From Guillardia theta CCMP2712 (lineage: Eukaryota; Protista; Cryptophyta), in assembly GCF_000315625.1 (NCBI RefSeq), contig NW_005434663.1, positions 463,882 through 527,881 of the forward strand: a DNA stretch of 64,000 bases. Reading direction: 5' to 3'. Of the stretch, positions 33,810 to 46,700 are shown in pieces. A model generated the notes under the pieces. That model ran no database searches, was not told the origin of the DNA, and worked only from the letters and a program-made list of their open reading frames with translations. The first letter of the stretch is position 1. Each line of letters begins with the position of its first letter. The translations under genes were made by a program, and so were the position numbers.

Positions 33810-36104
33810 ATGATGTCAAAGCTGAGCAAAAAATTCAAATTCTTGCACAATGACGATTCATTCAAAATGTTCAAGTGTAATTTCAGAATGGACAGAAGAT
33901 GGCATAGCAACAGCCGATCTCAGCATGTATTTTGAAACTGTGATGGTAAGCAAAAACATCATACGAAACAGTGTCTACCTTGTGTTTCTCTCTGTCTCAT
34001 GGTCTACGGTATCCTTCGTGGCACAAACCTACATGGCCAGTGAGTTGCATCGGGAACACTGTAGATGTGCTGATTGGACAATGGCAGGTACATGATATGG
34101 TTGGCGATATTCAGAGTTTTAAGAAGATAATCGTTTGTATCAGATGCTTGCTTCAGACGTGTCGATATGAGATTCCTTTCTACGCTGATAATCACGGCAG
34201 TGAATCGTATCATCGTGTTACTGCGGCATTGCCGATGATGTTGATGAAGCATCTTTCATGACAACCCGTGCAAATGCTTATTCTCTCTGCAAATCCTTTC
34301 TCGCAATTGCTCCAACCATGCAATTTCAGGAAAGTGTCTTGCACACTCCGAGATAGTATTGCATGTTTGACATCTAGGCTGTGATACCAGGGATCAAGCG
34401 ATATATAGAGTAGGCAAAGGCTGTATCAGTCATGCAAACTTGAATCTGCGTAATAACAGTTTCTGAAGATTGTTTATTTGCCAACAAATAAAAGATGCTT
34501 CACCATGATGGTGATTACTGTGGTCCCTTGTATACAACAGCTCTGAAGCAGCACTGTCCTGGTAGTAGCGGCTCACAGAACACAAAGCACGCAATGGACA
34601 GGAGGAACTTCGGGAGGATGTCACAGTAGACCGTATAACACTCTGAGATACACTTTTCAAAAGAAGGAGATGCAAACAAATAGAATGATGTTGCATGCAA
34701 ATCGAAACAGAGGTGTCAGGATCCTAAATGAATCATGTTGGCAACAAGGTTTGAATTTTCACCAAAGACAATTGAAACTCTACTGATCACAATAGGGATG
34801 ACAATGAGGATGTGTAAACAATCACATCTGCTAAGCGTTGCTATTTGTTGCCAAGCGGAAACGCACCTGTGAACAACCTGGCATAGATCATCGTGATCTT
34901 CATGATAGCGGATTCAACAACCAGGAGTTAAAAGAACCCGTAAGCCCAGGGTGCTATTTGTCCATCGAACTTCAATCGAACTCTGAAGTTGAGATAGGAA
35001 GGAACTTTGAATCTTCAAGAACAGGGGTTTATGTAAACTGGAAGGTGGCACATCTTGAAAGTCAATGTTTTCATTGGAGGACATATTATCTCCATTTCTT
35101 CTAGTCTCGATGCCTCTCAACGCAGCTGATTGTGGGCTTATGCGTGTTGCAACCCCAGGAAACAATCATCGTTGGCGCGACATGCGTGCCCGACCCATTG
35201 CGTCTGATTATAACATGTAACCAATCTGATTTCACACATCCAAAAAATTTGCTAACACTTTGAAATTTGAAGGGAAGGTTTGTTTGTTTGTCCGTACTGT
35301 TCGTTTGTTTGTTTGTCCGTGCTGTTCGTTCGTTTGTTTGTCCGTACTGTTCGTTTGTTTGTTTGTCCGTGCTGTTCGTTTGTTTGTTTGTCCGTACTGT
35401 TCGTTTGTTTGTTTGTCCGTACTGTTCGTTTGTTTGTTTGTCCGTACTGTTCGTTTGTTTGTTTGTTTGTCCGTGCTGTTTGTTTGTTCGTTTGTCCGTA
35501 CTGTTGGTTTGTTTGTTTGTCTGTACATGACAACATGGCGGTCATGGAGATCTACTGGTACACTCATTGTGTAAGTAAGTGCGCTGGTCTGACTGTATGG
35601 TCTGAGCACTGCAGCTTGCGCATGCACATCAAGAGCATGGACGCTGAGTGGAAGCACAACTATGGGTAAACGGGTCAGTACAGAGATAAGATCAGAAATG
35701 TCATCGAAGAATGCAAGCTCGACGCTGAAGTAAAATTATTGTTGTTGGTATTGTTGTTGTTGGTATTGTTGTTGTTGTTGTATCATGAGGATGAGGATGA
35801 GGATGAGGATGAGGATGAGGATGAGGATGAGGATGAGGATGAGGATGAGGGTGAGGATGAGGATGAGGGTGATATGGTGGCGGGAAGCCTGGGGATGCTA
35901 CCATTCGAACGGCATCTCAGCTATGCCCTGACCTTATCAAGCTCCCTGAGAGCGAAAGCGGGAGGCAAGGGCTGGCTGGTGGTGGAGGAGAAACATGCGA
36001 TCTGGGACTTCCTCAACCGCTGCTGCCTCGATATCGATGCCCGCACGAGGATGACTGCACAGGAGGCTCTGAGGCATCCCTTCCTCGCTAGTGGTATCAA
36101 GTAA
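33810..36104 (+). CDS. Divergent protein kinase-like gene or pseudogene, multi-exon (5' end uncertain)
   Basis: GIDHRDLHDSG (~34880; HRD loop), ADCGLMR (~35125; DFG-like) and subdomain XI DFLNRCCLDIDARTRMTAQEALRHPFL (~36005-36090), in the correct order. Confidence 0.45.
35277..35522. repeat. 25-bp minisatellite GTTTGTTTGTTTGTCCGT(A/G)CTGTTC, about 10 copies
   Basis: TCCGT recurs at 35291, 35316, 35341, 35366 and onward (period 25); probably intronic. Confidence 0.95.
35738..35872. repeat. (TTG)n followed by (GATGAG)n microsatellites
   Basis: Direct inspection. Confidence 0.95.
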
Positions 36105-38144
36105 ACCGTCTCTACCCGAAGCTTTCTCCTTCCTCGCCTCTCCTCCAAGCCCTCCTCCCTTCCTCGCTAGTGGTCTTGAGTAAACCGTCTCTCCTCTGGC
36201 ATCTCCCAGTCTCTCGCGATCAGCATATCAATACTTCCCAGGCTTCGCTTTTCCTTCCAACCCCTCCTATCCCCTCTCCTTCCCCCCTCCCCTCTCCCCT
36301 CATCTCTCCTTCCCCAGCCTCTGAAACTCCAATGACATGTTACAATCGCCATGCCACTGGCTGTTGAGAGCATTTCACAAGACTCAAACTGTTGTGGAAT
36401 GCGTTGGGAGAAGCCTAAAAAAATGCAATCATGGCAAAGCACCAGCAAGTCTCTTGAAATATGTTTCATATACAACCGACGAAGCATTCTGGTACAGGAA
36501 GCTAGGCCGTCATCGCAATAAGGAGAATAGCATTTCCTTTATGTCTTCGAAGGTTGCCTCTCTGATCGATTCCTTTCATGTTTCCCTTCTGAAAGTGTGA
36601 AAACAGCTGATCAGGGCTTTGGCACATCAGAATTGAGGTGTTTCAGTGCAAGTATGACAAGGAAAGTCACACAATTATTGGATAGCGTGAGCATGCAAAT
36701 TTGAATGCATACCTTACACTATTACAAGTCAATGCACTGTTACAACTATGCTCACAATGCTTCAAAGCATATTTGCATTTACACGCAACTCAACGAACTG
36801 AGATTCAAATATTTCCTTTCCACAAAATTCTTATTGCAACATGATATGCATCCGATGATCATCCTCAAAACACTCTGCTTAAAGGAAATGCAGTCGTTTT
36901 CCCACATGATACATTCAAATCTGGTCAAATTTGGCATCAAAAGATGTTCTTGTCATCACATTGATGTATGCATCTCACAACATGGTGCCCACAGGGCGCG
37001 ATCTGCTTGAACGTGAGTCTCCCAAACTGACACCGTGTACAACATTGGTACATTCTGTACAACGTTTAAAAATTCCAGAAATGGCACGGTGCTGGCAGGA
37101 TCCCACAATTTGAAATGGCGTGGTTTGACAGAAGTAAAACATTTCAAGGAAAATTTTCGCTTTGAAATCCAAAACCTATTCATTCAGAAAAATCCAGGTA
37201 GAAAAAGACCCCGCCGAGACGGAATAAAATCCAGTGACGGCATGAATGCTCCGGCGCCGGGGTACTCAGTGACTAAGCGGCCTACTAGGGCTAGTAGAGC
37301 AGCGGCCGGCGGCCCGGCCGCTCACAGAGTCAGGCCCGTGACTCTACTGAGTGATCGGAGCAGTCACTGGGGCAGGGCCGCCCGTCCGGCGGGCACCGTG
37401 ACTCCGGGTCCGACCGTACGGTCACACGTGACGGGCCGGGCGCGGCTTGAAGTTAAGGCTAGCACATTCTTTCCGAAGGTCCGTGTACCGTAGCCTTTGA
37501 AGCCTGTGAGGCTGTCTGACGGTCGGACGCCAGTGCCCGGCCAGCCGAAGTTAACTTACTGAGTTGACTCTCAGTAGTCGGCGGTGTTCACGGGCCCGGG
37601 TTGAATTTGGTTGCCCGGCACTGCAGTGAGTGCCGGCTGTGACCGTACCGGTACAGGGCACTGGCATGTTCAACGGTTGGTTCCCGGAGTCCAGGCTCTC
37701 ATGCGGACTCTCACAGAGTCACGCTCAGCCGCCAACCCGGGTGACCAGCGTGACGGTCGGGAGTCCGAAGTCTTTGTCGAGGCCGCGCCAGGGCCTGGCC
37801 AGTGATCCGATACCACCACGCCTGGTCAGCCTGATGTTTCAAATTTTGGAGGCTGCTGGGAGCTGCACTGCGGCAGCCGCGATGATCCGGCCGGGCGGCT
37901 TCAAGCCAGCCTCAAGCAGTCATGGGCCGCCCTCCGAGTCAGGCGGGGCCTGCCGACCCGGTACACTGTGACATCCGCCGATACGCTAATCGGTGCCTCA
38001 AAGTGGAACTGCCACTTAAGGCTTTATTCAATTGACCAATACATGTACAACCATTGACTGGATGATGTCGATGACTTGATATGATCAACTTTCACACGGT
38101 CAATTAACACACAACACTTCCGGAAATGAGGTTGGGCCAACTAT

Positions 38145-38677
38145 TTACAGCTGTGACTCTGAAGGTTCGTCGTTTTTTCTAACATACCAATTAATCCAGT
38201 CGAGCTCTGCGCTGCTATTAGTACATATTCCATGGCATCGTGTATCTGGTTCGCCTTCGAAAATGTTGTCTTCCATCACAAAATCAACTCCCAACATCCC
38301 GAAGTCTGGCTGGTCCGCCATTAGATGAACAGAACTGTTGTCTGTGGAGGCATTGGATGAGTTACTGGCACCAAAACTCGTCGTGTCATCTCCACATTCA
38401 TCGGCGTCGTCTTCCTTTCTCGTTCTGGAATATGGCCATTTTGAAACACCCAATCTCCGGCAAAGATTTTTCATCGACGACAAAGAGATGCCCTGATTGG
38501 AGGTAGCGTCAGTTATTTGTGCTGGGAAATAAATAAATTTTCACTTACAAGTCGTTTCGCAGCGACGCTTTGCTTAAGATGGAAAAGCCTCATTATATCA
38601 TCTCTCGTGATGCTTGCTGTCTTGCTCACTCCGATACTTGTTGGAGAGCTGGGCTTCTCAGGTGGTGGCGATGGCAT
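38145..38677 (-). CDS. Small RWP-RK transcription factor
   Basis: Exons 38677-38549 and 38492-38145: ITRDDIMRLFHLKQSVAAKRL|GISLSSMKNLCRRLGVSKWPYSR. Confidence 0.88.
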
Positions 38678-39600
38678 TGAGAGAAGCTAATAAATTTGAA
38701 CTTTCAGCAGTGATGCAATGCCAAGCAGGATCTTTGGACAAGAAGCACTGAAGAGGAGCGCAGTATGCTATGTCGCACAGCTTGGCAGAATGAGCGAAGC
38801 GAAGTCCGATTAGGTTTTTATGGAGGGGTCGTGCGCCCGGGCTGCAGGGGGTCAAAAATGTCGGTAAGGGGTGGTTTGACTGGGAGGGGTGGTGAGTTGA
38901 GAGGTTGTGGATCGAGTGACTGACCCTAAAGTTTAGGAGGGTTTAGGGTTAGAGGGTGGAAGGCCTCGGAGGCACCGACCTCTTGGAATTGAGATGTGAA
39001 TCTAGGTGGGTGGGGTGGTAAGGGGACTAGCGTAACTGCGCTCAAAATGACGTATCGCGGGATTGAGTACGAAATTATCTCTTTTCGATTATGACTGAGG
39101 GTCGGAAACTGTTCCTATCTAAAATACATGTAGAGCACCCACAGATCAAGAATGAAAAATAGGGGTACATGGGTTTTTTAAAATTATTATTATCGAGTAA
39201 AAAAATAAAAAATTTTGGAACTGAAGCGTTTCGAATGATCCCTTCGACGGCCATTACCGGTACAAATGCATTGAACCAGAGGGGTGTCTCTCGGCTGGCC
39301 CCCGTGCCGATGCCACGTCTCATCGGATTACAGCGAAACGCTGCGATCCCCTCGCTTTGGTAAGACTAGTCGAATCGTATAAAACTAGAGTCTGTAGCAA
39401 CCAGCTCGTTACGACCCTACAATGGATATTGGGTACCACCTCTACTAACTTTTTAGTAAAGTTGCACCGTGGCGGCAGATACCATAAAAAAAACACCGCA
39501 TGGCAACGCCATGATCGCGCTGTGACTCCATCGGACTCTCGGATTGATTTTATAGTGATTTTATAGCAGTTATTAGGCTTTGCGGCCGGGAGCGGCATCT

Positions 39601-39639
39601 ATTGTCCTCGTACTGATTTTTAACTTAACTTTGAGTAAA
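39601..39639 (+). repeat. Dispersed intergenic motif copy
   Basis: ATTGTCCTCGTACTGATTTTTAACTTAACTTTGAGTAAA. Confidence 0.9.
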
Positions 39640-39883
39640 AGTTCTTCCGCACTGAGGAGCGTTTCACGCCAGGCCCAGAGGTCCAGATCCCCAGAACCTG
39701 TTTCAAATAAAAATATACATGTTTTTAAATATGAAATTATCACGATCCAGTCACGGTCGTTTCCCGCATCGTTTAGGTTGGGTGGTATAGGCAAGGTTAG
39801 CCACTCGTCTAAATACCAAGATATGTATTACGGCATAGTGCGGAGCTTGGGCTTATGCCATTGGTCCAGATGATTTCAAATTT

Positions 39884-40321
39884 AGGCCGGACGTTAGCGC
39901 AAGGGGTGCAGAATCAAATGTGCTTGAACGGTTTTCCCCCACAATTTCTCAAAAACAACTTGAATGAAGATGTTTTCCCGAGCCCACCCGGTGAGGCCGG
40001 ACGTTAGCGCAAGGGGTGCAGAATAAAATGTATTTGTTTTCCCTCACAATTTCTCAAAAACGTGGCATTAGCGGTTAGGAAAATTTGAATAATATTCCGT
40101 AACGGCTATTTCTGGGGGAAAACAATACCTTGTTTTCCCCCAGATGAAGATGTTTTCCCGAGCCCACCTCGCCGTTTCACCACATGTGATTGCGGCGGCA
40201 CTGTTGTGAGCGTTACCGCCTGTTCAAATTGGACTTGAATGGAGACCGTGTGATTGCGGCGGCACTGTTGTGAGCGTTACGGAGTACCGCCTGTTCAAAT
40301 TGGACTTGAACGGAGACCGTG
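39884..40321. repeat. Block of direct repeats (A-B-A'-hairpin-B'-C-C')
   Basis: A 39884-39956 and 39994-40061; B 39964-39988 and 40144-40168; C ~40185-40250 and 40249-40321; 15-bp perfect stem at 40111-40144. Confidence 0.9.
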
Positions 40322-42404
40322 AAAAAACTGAAAACTTGGGGCCCCTCTGGGGGCTCGGCCACAACGGTTGGTTTAACTAAACATAGGTTTAACTCGGAAG
40401 CAAGGAAGCTAAATGCACAGTGAGGGCCCGGCTCCAGTGCGCCCGGCGTGACTCCGAGGGCCTGTCCGGCGGCCCGGCCTGCACGGCCCGGTCGCCCGCG
40501 GCCGATCCCACTGATTCACTGGTCGTCGGTTTCAGTTGATATAACGGTCACGGGAAGAGACGCGATGCTCTTCGCACTGGTCCCGCTTGCTGGAGTTCGC
40601 GGTTGGTCGAGCGCGCCAGGTCAGCGAGTAATGCACTGAAAAATACCATCATTAGATTCATATGATTACCGTTGTGATCCAAACACACTTGTTGCCTGCT
40701 GTATAGACTTTTGTCCACTCAACGTGCCCTCGACTGTTCTTGATGAGATTTCTTAGGTTCAATTTTGACCTGGGGCGACGGAACGAATGAAATGGGAACA
40801 ATCCCGGGCATTCCTGGGTGTGAGCAAGGCCCTCCTTGCGATTGTGATTGCGATTCTATCTTCAATCAATTTGGAAACGAGCCAAAATGCTCAAAGTGTT
40901 GAGATATAAGTCGATGGATGAAAAATGCTGTTCAGACGTAGAAATTTTATTTTGAACACTTGTTTTTATCAACCTATATGGTGTTGAAATTCTTTTCATT
41001 CCATCTAGAATCAAAGCCATTTTGAGTTGCTCAAAGTTCTGGTGATTAGTACAGATGGTTGAAAATAATTCCATGGCGCACTTTGTGATGTGATATTGTG
41101 TTGAGCCAAAATGGTTGAGAATAGGACTCGGCATAAAATTGCATGCATGTCTGAATTCCACCAGGACATAAAGGGTCATGAAGGGTAGAAACTGCACTTG
41201 AGTTCACGAAGATTCAGACTTGGAAATTGTGTGGCATCCAACCGTTGAATGGCTCGTGAATCTAGTCGTTACACGCACAGCCTCTGAGCTGATTGACCCG
41301 CGATCGGAGTCCTCACTCTAGGAACCTCTGGGACTCCTATATCCAACGTACTGACGGCGCCTCACCAGGAGTCAAGTCTGCCACACTCACCGAGCCGGCT
41401 AATTTGGCTACCACTGAGTCCGGCGGAGTGACAAATCATAACTTTGAGTGAAGGACAAATCATACCATGCTAGCTGACTCTCAGTGATGAGAGTCAACTG
41501 GAGCCTGTCGCTTGTTAGCAGGAATCGCCGGCCCGACCCGCCGCTCACTACTACGGTACGGTAACTGAGTCAGGCCAGTGGACTCGAGACCCGCGCGGCG
41601 GCCGGGCACTGAGTGCTAGCCGCTCACCGATTCAGTGCCGCATCCGATCATCGGGACTCCGGAGTCCGGGAGCTTAACTTCGGAACCTATGCTACCGTAC
41701 CCGGAGTGAGGCTCACCGTGACCGCTGCCGCTGAGCCTGAGCCTGGGAGAGACTCCCGGCCGCCGCGTGAGCGGCGGACAGAATCATGAATCGCCGCGAC
41801 CGTGACTCAGTCCGACAGTCACAAGTTGGCACTGCCGGGCAGAAAACGCAACGAGTCCGCCGAACCTCCGAGATTCCGGCCCTGCTAGCGGCTCGCGACT
41901 CACGGTCGCGGCACTGCGCGGCAAAGGGGCCGCCGGGCCCGCGGCGGACGGCACAGCGGTCACCGTCAAGTTGGAGTCGAATCGAGGCCCGGTCACGTTT
42001 GGCGGCGCGGCCCCCCATCCGCGCATGACCCCACCTCCACTTCCCTTCGATTCCCATCATCCACCCCTCTTTTCAAAGTCAAGTACCCCTGGAACACACC
42101 CACCCTCCATTCCTGACCACAGAGCGTGATCGCTCCCCATTCTATGGCCAGTGCCCCTTCCACGCTCACTCTCTCCGCGCTTCGTGCTTCATCAGCACCT
42201 CTCTCCTCGGTTTGATCTGCTAGACCCATCGAATCATACTGTTTGGCGATATGAAGCACTACTCTACTTCATCCTCTCTCTCTTCTTGAGTTGTTTCTCA
42301 GTACGCGCTGCCTGTGCAGTGCCTTGAACAGGATCGATTTCCGGATACATCAAAGGTAGGCGGCAAGAAACAGAGTTGAAACCTGTGGGTATAAATCGAA
42401 TCAG

Positions 42405-43730
42405 ATGAAGTTTGGAGTTCCGATCTTGTCCTTCGCTTTCTTCTGCACACCTTTAGCTCTTTGCTGGCAACCTGCACCTCTTTGGTCATCAACGAATTCC
42501 AGACTCTTCACGTTCAAGAAATCAGTGCGAAGGGATGCATGTATCACATTCATTCGCTCTTCTTTGGAATCAAGCTCGGCATTAAAGCATATAGACCAGA
42601 TCGTCAAAGCTGTTCCGGTTCAACCGCGAGCAGTGTATTTCTACGATTTTCTTGAGGATGGCAGATCAAGTTTCTCAGAGAAGAACTGGATGATGGAGGT
42701 CGAGGACAAAGAATTTTCAAACGAGGAGGCAGGGAGATGGGAGTCGTTCTTCTTGAAGGACGTTGGTGTTGTCCGTACGCGCAAGTCGCATCCGGCGGAC
42801 GGCGGCCTCGGGCATGTTGTGTGGAACAGTGCTCGGGTATTATCTGCCCTTCTCTTGAACGAAGATTCAGACATGAAGACCAACTTCGATGGCAAGAGAG
42901 TCCTTGAGCTCGGAGCAGGCGCAGGGCTGATGGGCCTCTCCATCGCCAGGAAGCACCCTGAGGCTTCGGTGGACTTGACCGACTACCTGCCGTGCCTTGT
43001 TGATAACATCCGGGAGGTTTCCGAGAGGGAGAGCATGGAGAACATCGATGCCTGGGTCTTGGATTGGAAGAATGGGCTGATTCCCGGTGAGCGAAGTGTC
43101 ATAGAAAGTTGAGAGTTAGATCTGTGAAGGGATCGAGATGACAAGATCGACATCGACTGCGGTTGCTCTGACGATTGGTTTTGTGATGACCATCAGAATG
43201 GATTCCTCCGAGGACTTGTTATGACGTGATCATAGCGACTGATTGCATCTATCATCACATCCCCGCGGATTTCACAGCAAGTAAGCCAGCTGAAGCCTTC
43301 ATGATCCCCTCTCATACTTATCCAGCGGTCCTGAAATTCATCGAGCACAACCCCAATGGTACGTGTGGGCCAACTCCAATGCAGTGACGAGAGTGACGAT
43401 TGAACGTGAATGCGCTACAGCAAGGATCTTGATCTCATCTCCAAGCAACCGAAACGGAATTCCTCTCGTGGTTGATCGTCTTCAGATGATTGAGGACAGG
43501 TTGGTTGTGAGGGCGTGAGGGAGGTGGGAATTGGCTCATTTGAAGCTGTGCAGGCAAGTAGAAGTTCGTCAGCTGCAGATGATAGGCTATCAAGTCATCC
43601 CCGCTGTTAGCGAGGTGTGCAAACTCATCTTTGGCCCTCGGGTTTACCTCTTGACCAACAGGACGCCTCTGATATCCGATTCAAAAAGTTTGTTGATCAC
43701 TCAAATTTCACGCTCATAGACATCCAGTGA
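42405..43730 (+). CDS. METTL21/Methyltransf_16-family protein-lysine methyltransferase with N-terminal targeting leader
   Basis: GHVVWNSARVLS, GKRVLELGAGAGLMGL, LTDY, LDW, YDVIIATDCIY. Signal peptide followed by W and a Ser/Arg-rich stretch. Confidence 0.82.
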
Positions 43731-46700
43731 AAAGTCTTCACCCCTCTCCTCGTTTGGCTTACCCTGGCTTTCGCCACCAAATCCTTCTTGTGGAGAAGCT
43801 GGCTCATCAACTTGTTACCATCCTCAAGAGCATCAGGACAAAATTCGTACATGTGGTCAGCAGCCCCTTGCTGGCTGTCCTGCTGTGTCACCAAAGGAGA
43901 AAATCTGTACGAGACTCAATTTGAAGAATGACGAGATGAAACAAGAGAAATCGAACCGAATCTCTTTAGCTTGCAAGCAGAGCTCCTGTTCACCATGGTC
44001 AGAGATTCTATACGATAGGTTGTATCGTTACAACAAATAATCAGAAGCACGTCTTTGCCTCAGTCCTCCCTCCCCCTCCCGCACAATTCAACAGTCTTTG
44101 TCTCTTTGATGAGAAAAGAAAGCAAAATCGCAAAATTGCACAGAACAATTCATATCACCCTCTTACATACACTCTCAACTTTCCCTTCTCCTTTCAACAC
44201 ATCATCGTACCCCTTTCGCTTCCCAGTCATCCACAAGTTCCTTTGCTGCAAATGTCTTGTTGTCTCTGTACATTTCATCACCAATGACAGAACTCCCTTC
44301 ATAAGCCATCTGAGCTCGAATTTGATGAGTCCTGCCGGTAAGGAGTTGGATCTCAGCTTCATACACAAATTCTTCATCTGTGCAACAGTGAGAACAAATT
44401 GAGATCATTGAGATGTGAGCTATGACCATCTAAAATCTTTCGGACTGTCCGACAAAGGGAAGAAACAGGGATTCTTGTTGTTTGCGAGACGTTCAACTTA
44501 CACTGCAACCAAGAGCGGCAGACGGGAAATCTGCTCACAACCTTCGGGCTGAAAGTTGAAGGCTGACAACAGAGGTGAGCAAACTTACAAAAGCGCCAAG
44601 GCGTTGGTATACCTTCATGTAGTGAACGTACAACCCGATCTTCGGTCGCTCCCTTGTCAACATGAGATAGGTCTTCCTGATTTTCTTCTCCCTCATCTTC
44701 TTATAGAAGTGCGTCTTCGTTGGAAGGGAAATTCTAATCTCAATGCGCAGCAACAACACAAACTTTCAATGTCACCTTGAATTGATGTGTCCGAGCAAAC
44801 ACCATGATTCCATGAGTTGGCGTGTCAAGTCTGTGCAAGGTGTACACGCTGCCTTTGATTGTTCTCTGCAAGCAGGCAAAACAAGTCTCCCAGATATTGT
44901 CTGCTCGCGGGATGGACGGGACTCCCCCCGGTTTGTCCACAATACAGTAATGTTCTGTCTCAGATCAGGTCAGATAAAGGTTAAAAAGAGCCACCATGGC
45001 TACTTACCACAGACGTCAATCAGTCTATCAGTCCAATTTGTCTTGGATGCAGCAGAAAAACGCTTCGGGCTCGCGTAGACGCAAATCATTTCTCCTTGAT
45101 GCAACTTGCGATCTTATGACAAAAGATGTCACCGACATCTTCATCATCAGCACAACCATCAATCCATCATCCTATCAACACCAGCAACAACACCTCGGCA
45201 CAAACTTCAGTCGCACTAGTGACATGCACAATCATCCTTGAAATGTACACCTTTTGTAAGCCGATCTTTCTCATCCCAGACCGCCCCCAGTCTCATCAGG
45301 GTCCGAGCTTTTGCTGCCGTTACGGACAAACATTTCCGAACAAGTCGGCTTGCAAGGACAGCTTTCGTTTTGTAAGCTTGAAAGATTCTGACATCAGATT
45401 TCTCATCGAACGTAAAGGATGAATTCCTGCTGCAAAACAAATCAAAACATGTTTGAGGGGTTCTGCCACTATTTCACCTCCATGTCGGAAAATCTTTCAG
45501 AGCTTCAAGCACCGGTCGGTCGATGGTCTGCAAAGACGATAAGAACTCTTCCGTGCGTGTGGCATGTGGTTCATGAGAGCAGCAATAAGAGAATATCAAC
45601 TGCAACTGTACCTTTCCAAGCTCAAAGATCTTCGCCACTAATAGTGATCTAAAATGCGTTCTCTTCAGACTGAACGTGTAACCAAAATGGCATCACTACC
45701 TTCTCTTCCCGATATCAGCATCCTCCAATATTTGCAAGTTACACTGAGAGTGGTGTGAAGGAAAAGCACGCAATCGACATGAAGTAACTACCTTCCATTT
45801 GTCTCCCAAACGCATGAGTGCTTGACGCATGCGAAATTCAGCCGTACGACGTAGGAGGATTCCAAGTATATCATTCCATCTGCCCTCATTCACCAGCTCT
45901 GCATCCTCGTCCTTCCTGACCGTCGAGAGCTTGTGGAAGGCTGCGACACAGTGGACCAGGTTGTGAGCCGTTAGTCGAGAAGCCTTTGAACAGATAATGC
46001 GAGAGAGCTTCTCCAACACTGCATCATCCTCCACACCAAGAACTCCCATCGACCATAGCACAAACACCGCTCCTTGCAAATTCGCCATGTCGACATCCTG
46101 ACAAAACCTCTTGGCCAGCGCTTGAACGATCCAGCGCTCCTGACAACCAAGACTTGTTAAAGACCAGCAAATATGAGCGATTTCCCAGGGTTTGTATGCT
46201 TCCAAGAGTTGATCTTGATGACCGAAATGATCTATCAGAGACTGCAAGGTCGAGTCCTCCCCTCGAAATCTCAGCCTTCCCAGACCCATCAGCAATCTGA
46301 ACCAATCCTTGGCCGTCAGTAGCCCTTTCTTGGTGGAGTTGGAGTTGAGCGTCTTCAGAATCTTCTCAACCATGACGATCACAACCTTCTGGCATGACCT
46401 CCTCGTACTCAAGTATCCTGCTCCCTCTACCAGTTGCGACAGGCCCGCCACGTCCACCCTCCTGAAACTCTTCTCTCTCAGCACAAGGGACGCACAGACG
46501 TTGATTGAGATCTTATCCGGGACTCCCAGCTTTGCGATAGAATGGAAAGTCCTTGCCGCTCTCTTGGCTGTGAGCTCGTACAAGCTCTTGCTCAAGAGCC
46601 TCGTGATCTCCAATATGATTCGCATGTTGTCAAACCCGACCCGCGACAGACTCATCAGGCTATTCAACAATCGGGATAGCTGCTTGGTGTTCAAATCGTG

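Noticed and set aside
35232-35669. Repetitive ORFs (TNKQ…/FVC…) and a possible CRISPR-like array
   Set aside because: Translations of a 25-bp minisatellite; there are no unique spacers and no cas genes.
38924-38960. CCCTAAA/TTTAGGG telomere-like words
   Set aside because: Only isolated single units inside a G-rich promoter patch, not an array.
40204-40216. TTGTGAGCG resembling a lac operator half-site (vector contamination)
   Set aside because: Only a 9-bp match with no other vector sequence; it is part of the local C repeat.
40620-41340. Minus-strand ORF fragments here and at 36170-37200
   Set aside because: No recognisable motifs or consistent exon chain; cannot support a gene call.
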